The notes under the pieces are model-generated. The model saw only the letters and a list, made by a program, of their open reading frames with translations. It made no database searches and was not told where the DNA came from. Below are positions 6,120 to 11,868 of a stretch of DNA of 11,868 bases, piece after piece. The stretch is taken from the NCBI GenBank assembly GCA_964595665.1, contig CAZQQS010000019.1, positions 1-11,868 of the forward strand. Reading direction: 5' to 3'. Position numbers and translations under genes: made by a program. Positions within the stretch are counted from its first letter, which is position 1. Each line of letters opens with the position of its first letter. The stretch is from an uncultured archaeon (GTDB lineage Archaea > Iainarchaeota > Iainarchaeia > Iainarchaeales > 0-14-0-20-30-16).

Positions 6120-8501
6120 ATGCAAGGATTATTATTAGACATATATAGTGAAAATACAGAAGATGAATCTTTTATTAAAATATGTCTAAAAACTAATAAA
6201 GGAAAAATTATATTAGAAGATCATAACTTCAAACCATATTTTTATTTAATTTCAAATAAAGAATTAACTTTAAAGGATTTAGAAAATTATGAAATATTAA
6301 ATATAGAACTTGTAGAAAAGGAATTATCCCAAATAAATAAATTTGCAAATTTTAAAGAGAAAGCTTTATCAATAGAAAAGCTAAAAGAAATGAAAATCTA
6401 TAAAATATACTTCAAAACAATATCTCAATTAATAGATACAAGAACAAAAATAAAAGCTGAATTATTTTACGAAAGTAAATTTGAATATGATATCCCTTTT
6501 GATTTTAGATATATAATAGATAAAAATATTTTTTGTTTGAAATATTATGAAATTAATGAAATGTTTGATTATAAATTATTAAACTCAATATCTTTAGATT
6601 TAAAAAAAATATCTTTTGATATAGAAACTTTAGGAAAATCTTTAGATCCTAAGAAAGAAGAAATAGTTTTAATATCTTTATATAGCAAAAATCTAAAAAA
6701 AGTTATAGGATATAAAGAAATATTATTTGATGTGGAATATTACACTCAAGTTCAAAGCGAAAAGGAATTGCTTTTAGAATTCTTAAAAACTATAAAAGAT
6801 TTTGATCCTGATTTAATATATACTTATAATGGAGATAATTTTGATTTTCCATTTATTAGGGAAAGATGTAAAAAACATGATTTATTATATGATTTTGAGA
6901 AAATATTTAATTCAAATTATTCTAAAAGAAGCCAAGAATTTGAATTACAAAGATACCAACATATAGATGTATACAAAGTAGTAAGAAGTTTATCTATGAA
7001 AGGATCTTTAGATTTATTTAAATTAGATTTAGACACAGTTTACAATTATTTGTTTGGCAAACATAAATTAGATGTAAAATATTCTGAAATGGAAAAACAT
7101 TATAATTCAAAAGAATTATTTCTAAAATTTGTGGAATATAATCTAAATGATTCTTTAGCTTGTTACGATATTGGAGAAAACTTTTTAGAACAATTCATTG
7201 CATTAAGTCAAATAACTGGAAAAAATCTACAAGAAATTACAAGAACATCATCAAGTAGTATAGTGGAAGCATTAATAATGCATTTATCTGTTAGAGATAA
7301 TAAAATTATCCCAAATATACCTATTGGCGCAACAATAGATTCGCGAAATGATAAAAGCTTTTTGGGAGCTTTTGTAAAAGAACCTACTTTAGGACTACAC
7401 GAAAAATTAGCAGTATTAGATTTTCAATCATTGTATCCTAGTGTAATAATAAGTTATAATATTTCTCCCGAAACGATTAATGAAAAAACAAAAAACGTTT
7501 TTGTAGATGTTGACAAGAATATTTTTTCACAAGATATTTCTGCAACTATACCTAATATGTTGAAAGAAGTATTTAATCAAAGAATTACTGCAAAAAAACA
7601 AATGAAAACATTTCCTAAAGACTCTTTAGAATATAAAACTTTATTTGCACATCAATGGTCATTTAAAACTATATTAAATAGCACTTATGGATATATGGGT
7701 TATGCGAGAGCTCGATGGTATAATTTTGCTTGTGGGCAAAGTATTGCTACAACGAGTAGGATGCATACTTTGGATGTATTAAAAGAAGCTGAGAAAAAAA
7801 ATTTAGAAGTTATTTATGCAGATACTGATAGTGCATTTATTAAATATAAAAATGATAAAAAAGAAATTTTAGATTTCTTATATTACATAAATAATAAGTT
7901 GCCTGGAATAATGGAATTATCTTTAGATGGTTTTTATAATAGAGGATTATTTGTACAAAAAAAGGGTTCTGAAGATGTTGCAAAAAAGAAATATGCTTTA
8001 ATTGATGAAGAAAACAATATGAAAATTGTTGGTTTTGAATATGTAAGGCATGATTGGTCTAAATTAGCTAAAGAAACTCAAAAAACAATATTAGAAATGA
8101 TTTTAAAAAATAATGATATTGATGGTGCAAAAGAATATATTAAAAAAATATTAAAACAAATTTCCAAACATTCTTTACCTAACGAATTATTTATAATTTA
8201 TAACCAAATAAGAAAAAATTTAGATGATTATTCATCTATAGGCCCAGCAGTAAATGCTGCAAAAAAAGCAATTGCTCGAGGCGAAGCAATAAATGAATCT
8301 TATGTTGGATTTATTGTTTCAAATACAGGAAAAACAATCTCTGATAAAGCAGAATTATATAATTATGTTAAACCAGGCGATTACGATTCAGAATATTACA
8401 TTGAGAATCAAATAATACCAGCAGTTAAAAATATATTTGCTGTATTTAATATATCAGAAGATCAATTAATGGATAAACCTTCACAAAAAAAATTATTTTA
8501 A
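6120..8501 (+). CDS. polB: Family B DNA polymerase (PolB), intein-free, with an intact 3'-5' exonuclease motif set
   Basis: Exo I FDIET (6615-6629); Exo II YNGDNFDFPF; Exo III YNLNDSLACYD; Pol motif A DFQSLYPS (7419-7442); motif B KTILNSTYGYMGYARARWY; motif C YADTDS (7815-7832); KKKYALID; FEYVRHDWS. The N-terminal uracil-pocket-like residues PYFY and YDIPFDFRY are present. All motifs are contiguous, and the 793-aa length is close to the ~775 aa of Pyrococcus-type PolB. Confidence 0.95.
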   Translation: MQGLLLDIYSENTEDESFIKICLKTNKGKIILEDHNFKPYFYLISNKELTLKDLENYEILNIELVEKELSQINKFANFKEKALSIEKLKEMKIYKIYFKTISQLIDTRTKIKAELFYESKFEYDIPFDFRYIIDKNIFCLKYYEINEMFDYKLLNSISLDLKKISFDIETLGKSLDPKKEEIVLISLYSKNLKKVIGYKEILFDVEYYTQVQSEKELLLEFLKTIKDFDPDLIYTYNGDNFDFPFIRERCKKHDLLYDFEKIFNSNYSKRSQEFELQRYQHIDVYKVVRSLSMKGSLDLFKLDLDTVYNYLFGKHKLDVKYSEMEKHYNSKELFLKFVEYNLNDSLACYDIGENFLEQFIALSQITGKNLQEITRTSSSSIVEALIMHLSVRDNKIIPNIPIGATIDSRNDKSFLGAFVKEPTLGLHEKLAVLDFQSLYPSVIISYNISPETINEKTKNVFVDVDKNIFSQDISATIPNMLKEVFNQRITAKKQMKTFPKDSLEYKTLFAHQWSFKTILNSTYGYMGYARARWYNFACGQSIATTSRMHTLDVLKEAEKKNLEVIYADTDSAFIKYKNDKKEILDFLYYINNKLPGIMELSLDGFYNRGLFVQKKGSEDVAKKKYALIDEENNMKIVGFEYVRHDWSKLAKETQKTILEMILKNNDIDGAKEYIKKILKQISKHSLPNELFIIYNQIRKNLDDYSSIGPAVNAAKKAIARGEAINESYVGFIVSNTGKTISDKAELYNYVKPGDYDSEYYIENQIIPAVKNIFAVFNISEDQLMDKPSQKKLF

Positions 8502-9409
8502 TGATTATTATGGATGAAATATTAACAAATTTAAAGAAAGCTGAAAAAGCATGGATAAATGCAAGAAATGTAGCCTTAAAAGAAGTTAAAGTTAATGCAA
8601 AATTATTAGATGTTGCAAAAAAAGTTGAAAATGAAATATTGAAAACATGCGAAATTGCTTTTCCAATAAACATTTCAAGAAATAATGAAGCTGCACATTA
8701 TTCTCCAAAAGATGATTGTGAGGATGTTTTTAAAGAAAATGATTTAATCAAAATTGATATTGGTTGTCATAGCGAAGGATATGTTGTGGATGCTGCATTT
8801 ACAATTAATTTAGGTAAAGACAATAATGAAATATTAAATGCATCAAAAGAAGCATTAAATAACGCTATAAAATATGTTCAAAAAGAAAAAATGAATTCTG
8901 AATATGGTACCTTGGGAGAAATAATTGAAACTACAATTTTAAAATATAAAAATTGTAAACCAATATATAATTTAACTGGCCATAGTATGGAACAATATAA
9001 TTTACATGCGGGCAAATCTATTATTAATCACGCATCAGACAATAAATCCAAATTAGGTAAAGGAATATTTGCAATAGAACCATTTGCAACTAATGGCTCT
9101 GGGTTTATAAAAAATGGTGATTTTTGTTCTATTTATTCTTATATTAATTCTAACACAAGATTACCTAATTCTAGAAAAATTGCAGATGAAGCAAAACAAT
9201 ATAGTATGCCTTTTTCTGAACGTTGGATAGGAAAAAACTTAGAACCATTGCAAAAGAAAATAGCTTTAAATTCTTTAATACAAAACAAATGTTTTTCTAA
9301 ACACCCCGTATTAATTGATATAAAAGATTCTTTTGTTTCACAACACGAAAAAACAATTTACATAGATGAAAATAACGAAGTACATGTATTTCCTGATATT
9401 GAATATTAA
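8501..9409 (+). CDS. map: Methionine aminopeptidase, type 2 (archaeal/eukaryotic M24A)
   Basis: All five metal ligands sit in conserved context: KIDIG and VVDAAFT (Asp, Asp), LTGHSMEQYNLHAG (His), FAIEPFATNGSG (Glu), SQHEKTIYI (Glu). The type-2 helical insert is present (SRKIADEAKQYSMPFSERW...LNSLIQNKCFSKHPVL). The start is either the TAATG overlap at 8501 or the ATG at 8510 (MDEIL.. aligns better with known N-termini). Confidence 0.93.
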   Translation: MIIMDEILTNLKKAEKAWINARNVALKEVKVNAKLLDVAKKVENEILKTCEIAFPINISRNNEAAHYSPKDDCEDVFKENDLIKIDIGCHSEGYVVDAAFTINLGKDNNEILNASKEALNNAIKYVQKEKMNSEYGTLGEIIETTILKYKNCKPIYNLTGHSMEQYNLHAGKSIINHASDNKSKLGKGIFAIEPFATNGSGFIKNGDFCSIYSYINSNTRLPNSRKIADEAKQYSMPFSERWIGKNLEPLQKKIALNSLIQNKCFSKHPVLIDIKDSFVSQHEKTIYIDENNEVHVFPDIEY

Positions 9410-10024
9410 TTATTTTTTATAAATTCGAGCATCTACAATTATTGGTTTTTTTGTATCTTGTTCAATTATAACCGGATTTAAATCAATAAAAACAATATCT
9501 TTATGCTTTAAGGAGAATTTTAATAATTTGCTTACAAATAACCATAATTTATTTTCATTTATTTTTGTAACAATTGCTTGATTTTTTAATTCTTTTAATT
9601 GAGATAAAAAATCTTTTTTTGTAATAGGCAAAACTCTAAAGGAAACATCTTTTAATTGTTCAGCATATTTGCCCCCCAAACCCAACATAAATAATTTACC
9701 AAATTTTTCATCTTCTTTTATACCAATAATTAATTCATCACCATATATTTTTTCTTGAATTAAAATCTTCTTTGATTTTAAAGCAATAGCTCTTTTAAGG
9801 ATAATTGATTTTTGTTTTAAGAATTCTTTTTCTGATTTTAGTTCTACTATGGCTTTTGATTTAACTTTATGAACTGCCTTATCAGAAATAATTTTAACAA
9901 AAATAGGATATTGATTTGGATAAATATCTTGATTAAATTCCTTCAATGTAAAAACATAAGATTTTACTACTTCCAAATCTTTTGATAATAATTCTTCACT
10001 AATATGTTCATCCAAAATCTTCAT
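9410..10024 (-). CDS. Stand-alone ATP-grasp protein of the ADP-forming acetyl-CoA synthetase beta-subunit type (ATP-grasp_5-like), divergent
   Basis: DEKFGKLFMLGLGGKYAEQLKDVSFRVLPITKKD and FIDLNPVII....IIVDARI are collinear with ACD beta subunits as I recall them (DPQFGP.VMFGLGGI.VE.LKDVSFR.API ... ELD.NP.......A.A.DAR). The track start at 10042 is a TTG that overlaps the upstream gene. The first ATG, at 10024 (MKILDEH..), lies 8 nt after that gene's stop and is more likely. Confidence 0.72.
   Translation of the reverse strand: MKILDEHISEELLSKDLEVVKSYVFTLKEFNQDIYPNQYPIFVKIISDKAVHKVKSKAIVELKSEKEFLKQKSIILKRAIALKSKKILIQEKIYGDELIIGIKEDEKFGKLFMLGLGGKYAEQLKDVSFRVLPITKKDFLSQLKELKNQAIVTKINENKLWLFVSKLLKFSLKHKDIVFIDLNPVIIEQDTKKPIIVDARIYKK
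9413..9418 (+). terminator. Candidate oligo-T (T6) archaeal terminator for the PUA-polB-map transcript
   Basis: TTTTTT begins 4 nt after the map stop codon and lies inside the last codons (..YKK) of the convergent ATP-grasp gene. Archaeal RNA polymerase terminates intrinsically at runs of 5 or more T. Confidence 0.3.
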
Positions 10025-10032
10025 AAAATCAA

Positions 10033-11217
10033 CTACAACCAAAATTTATAATATAATATTATTCCTAATACTAATACAATAGCAAATATTACAAAAATAT
10101 AATTGTAATTATTTATATTTTCTCCGATAGAAATAGTTTGAGAATCTAAATTCTTCTCTAATTCACCATCATTAGTAGCTAAACTTAAATCCAATGTAAC
10201 TACTTTACTTTCTTGACTTTTTATATTATAAGTTAATGTTTTTAATTCCATAGGTTTTAAATTTAAATCATATCTTTCAGATAATCCAAATTCTTTAAAC
10301 CCTAAAACATTCAGAACTGCGGCTTTATCTAAAGAACTATCATTATATAAAACAATTTCTATATTTGAAGATTCATTTAAATCCAAGGTCTTTTTATCAA
10401 TATTTAAATTAACTAAAATTTCATCTAAATAAACCCTAGCATTTGAAACCAAACCATTTGAATATTTTGTGAAAATATATCCTTTATAATCATATCTCAA
10501 AACAGCTGGAGAAACAGTAAATGATTTATCACTCTTAGGAACAACATTATATCTTAATTCAACATTTGCATTCGGAACAACACTCTCTTCCAATGATGGC
10601 ACACCATCTTTCAAATTAAACCATTTTGTAAATATCTCATTATCATAAAATAAATATATTTTTGCCGTGTCATAACCTGTATTTTTTACTTTAACTTCAA
10701 TAGGGGTTTTTTCATTTAATTTGTATTCCGAATAAACAAAATTTTTACTAAACAAATCATCTGAAAAATAAGGGATCTTAAAAGAACCTATTTTTGAATC
10801 TAAATTAAACTCTAAATTTTCATTAGATCTAACACATAAATAATAAGACTCTTTATCTCTTAAATCTTCCAAAGAAATAAATAAATAATCTTTTTGGATA
10901 TCTCTAAATAAATAACCATAATTTGTTTCAAAACCAAACATGTTTCTACGATATTCATAACCATCTTCAGTCAAAACATAAATTAAACCATCACCAGCAT
11001 AATTTTTAATATGTAAAAATATCCCAAATATACCAGGATAATCCAATAATAAACCTTTATCATAATCTGACAAATTTATGTAAGTACAAGTTTCAGGACT
11101 TTCAAAAGTAGGCGTTATGTTTAAATCTTTGAAGGTATATGTCAAACCCTCAAAATCAATTGCAAATGTAAATGACATTAAAAATAATAATATAAATGTA
11201 AATCCCAAAAACTTCAT
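10033..11217 (-). CDS. Uncharacterised type-I membrane-anchored surface protein (signal peptide, unknown N-terminal domain, two CARDB/Ig-like beta-sandwich-like segments, C-terminal TM)
   Basis: Signal peptide MKFLGFTFILLFLMSFTFA|IDF (11217-~11161). C-terminal hydrophobic helix YIFVIFAIVLVLGIILYY (~10101-10048) with a short YKFWL tail. The segments PIEVKVKNTGYDTAKIYLFY...NVELRYNVVP and SNIEIVLYNDSSLDKAAVLNV...LKTLTYNI resemble CARDB-type strand patterns. There are four N-x-S/T sequons (NIT, NLS, NES, NDS). SD-like GAGGGAT (11228-11222) lies 4 nt before the ATG. I recognise no catalytic motif. Confidence 0.8.
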   Translation of the reverse strand: MKFLGFTFILLFLMSFTFAIDFEGLTYTFKDLNITPTFESPETCTYINLSDYDKGLLLDYPGIFGIFLHIKNYAGDGLIYVLTEDGYEYRRNMFGFETNYGYLFRDIQKDYLFISLEDLRDKESYYLCVRSNENLEFNLDSKIGSFKIPYFSDDLFSKNFVYSEYKLNEKTPIEVKVKNTGYDTAKIYLFYDNEIFTKWFNLKDGVPSLEESVVPNANVELRYNVVPKSDKSFTVSPAVLRYDYKGYIFTKYSNGLVSNARVYLDEILVNLNIDKKTLDLNESSNIEIVLYNDSSLDKAAVLNVLGFKEFGLSERYDLNLKPMELKTLTYNIKSQESKVVTLDLSLATNDGELEKNLDSQTISIGENINNYNYIFVIFAIVLVLGIILYYKFWL

Positions 11218-11221
11218 GAAA

Positions 11222-11257
11222 ATCCCTCTATATATGTATTACATAAAAATATATATA
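11222..11257 (-). promoter_or_regulatory. Short intergenic control region: T5 run/TATA-like TATATATATTTTTA plus SD-like GAGGGAT for the surface-protein gene
   Basis: The minus strand reads TAA(kinase stop)-TATATATATTTTTATGTAATACATATATAGAGGGATTTTC-ATG. The T5 run could terminate the kinase transcript, the A/T block could act as a TATA box, and GAGGGAT is SD-like. The roles cannot be separated from sequence alone. Confidence 0.3.
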
Positions 11258-11719
11258 TTATTCTATTATTTTTTTAATACTTTCTTCATTTAAAGGCAAA
11301 ATCAAAGGCTTTTTAATATTTTTAAGCTCTTTTGCTAAAGAATGAATTATCAAATTTTCTTCTTGAACAAATAGGTTTTCAATTATTTTCAAATCTGAAT
11401 ACTTTCTCTCTTTTAACCGTTTTTTTAAAATATTTACACTGGGTTTTAAAACAAAAATTAGATCAAAATTAAAATCATATTTGGATATACAATAAGGACT
11501 TAATAATCCAGATAAAATAAAGTCTTTAGGTAATTTTTTGTTTAAAATTTTGGAAAATTTGTTTAAATCTACATCTTTCACTTTATCTAAAGAAATTGTA
11601 GAATTTTTATCAGTTATAAACTCCTTTTCTTCAAAATATTTTAAACCTATTTTTTTAGATAATTTTTTTGCAAAATAAGTCTTACCCGAGCAAGGAATTC
11701 CAGTAATTAATATTTTCAT
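11258..11719 (-). CDS. Fap7/AK6-like P-loop nucleoside monophosphate kinase/ATPase (small-subunit rRNA maturation factor type)
   Basis: MKILITGIPCSGKTYFAKKL carries the P-loop at the extreme N-terminus. DLIFVLKPSVNILKKRLKERKYSDLKIIENLFVQEENLIIHS is collinear with archaeal Fap7 (DLV.VLR..P..L.ERL..RGYS.EKI.ENVEAE). The track start at 11743 is a GTG that adds 8 residues. The ATG at 11719, which places the P-loop at residues 7-14, is more typical. Confidence 0.68.
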   Translation of the reverse strand: MKILITGIPCSGKTYFAKKLSKKIGLKYFEEKEFITDKNSTISLDKVKDVDLNKFSKILNKKLPKDFILSGLLSPYCISKYDFNFDLIFVLKPSVNILKKRLKERKYSDLKIIENLFVQEENLIIHSLAKELKNIKKPLILPLNEESIKKIIE

Positions 11720-11803
11720 TTTTAAACCCTTTATAAATAACACAAAAACAAATATAAACTCTTTGTAAGGGATATATGTATATATTATATATGGGGCGAA
11801 TTT

Positions 11804-11868
11804 ATGAATAGAGTTTTAGGTATGATTTTAACATTAGTATTTTTTACATCTTTTATTTTTGCAAGTTC
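11804..11868 (+). CDS. N-terminus of a probable secreted/membrane protein (partial, runs off the window)
   Basis: ATG at 11804 gives MNRVLGMILTLVFFTSFIFASS.., a signal-peptide-like sequence with R in the n-region and a hydrophobic core. The upstream ATG at 11791 is out of frame and stops after 6 codons. Only 21 codons are visible. Confidence 0.4.
   Translation, partial: MNRVLGMILTLVFFTSFIFAS

Noticed and set aside
7794-7801. A8 homopolymer inside polB (another A8 lies at about 8483-8490), a possible slippage or frameshift site
   Set aside because: The reading frame continues uninterrupted through both tracts with conserved protein sequence on either side. Lys-rich AAA runs are expected in this genome.
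6120-8501. Intein or split/inactivated PolB
   Set aside because: All exonuclease and polymerase motifs are present, contiguous and normally spaced. The 793-aa length leaves no room for an intein.
8446-8673. 75-aa minus-strand ORF spanning the polB/map junction
   Set aside because: It is antisense to two well-supported genes and has an F/I/S-rich composition with no motifs.
9410-11217. Possibility that the ATP-grasp gene and the upstream gene form a graspetide-like RiPP or peptide-ligase system
   Set aside because: The ATP-grasp protein is of the ACD-beta (acyl-CoA synthetase) type, not the RimK/microviridin-ligase type. The upstream gene encodes a 394-aa exported protein, not a short precursor peptide, and there is no protease or transporter gene.
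11233-11245. 6-1-6 inverted repeat TATGTA-T-TACATA between the kinase and surface-protein genes
   Set aside because: The arms are only 6 bp of pure A/T-rich sequence, giving negligible stem stability, and such repeats are common by chance here.
1-11868. tRNA, rRNA, C/D-box sRNA, CRISPR arrays, transposases, or recoded stop codons
   Set aside because: I saw no GC-rich islands or cloverleaf-capable segments. The four spacers (114, 89, 40 and 60 nt) are A/T-rich promoter-like DNA with no repeat-spacer periodicity and no IS-like inverted ends. TGA terminates two conserved genes (aIF-2 beta and the PUA protein) at the expected positions, so the genetic code is standard.

Overview
The window is very AT-rich (about three-quarters A+T by eye, not computed), extremely gene-dense, and clearly archaeal. 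Almost all of it is core information-processing genes. Plus strand: Rad50 (864-3152) and a three-gene string of Tma20/MCT-1-like PUA protein, family-B DNA polymerase and type-2 methionine aminopeptidase (5651-9409). Minus strand: aIF-2 beta, aIF-1A and arginyl-tRNA synthetase (5561-3153), and a Fap7/AK6-like P-loop kinase, an uncharacterised surface protein and a stand-alone ACD-beta-type ATP-grasp protein (11719-9410). Both window edges carry partial genes for secreted proteins. The left one (749-1, minus) starts with GTG, encodes a beta-helix repeat surface protein, and is missing from the supplied ORF track. Packing is extreme: 1-nt gaps, a TAATG overlap, and two convergent gene pairs whose stop codons abut as TAATTA. 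This compaction, the short proteins and the secreted proteins suggest a small-genome archaeon, possibly DPANN-like; that is inference only. TGA is used as a stop, so the code is standard. I see no tRNA, rRNA, CRISPR array, mobile element or intein. I cannot point to a clear novel multi-gene system. The best candidates for new biology are the 394-aa anchored surface protein with the degenerate orphan ATP-grasp gene 8 nt downstream, the beta-helix surface protein, and a 15-nt promoter-like element at the same distance upstream of two genes that lack a Shine-Dalgarno (SD) sequence. Several ORF-track starts are probably over-extended (ArgRS, ATP-grasp, kinase).
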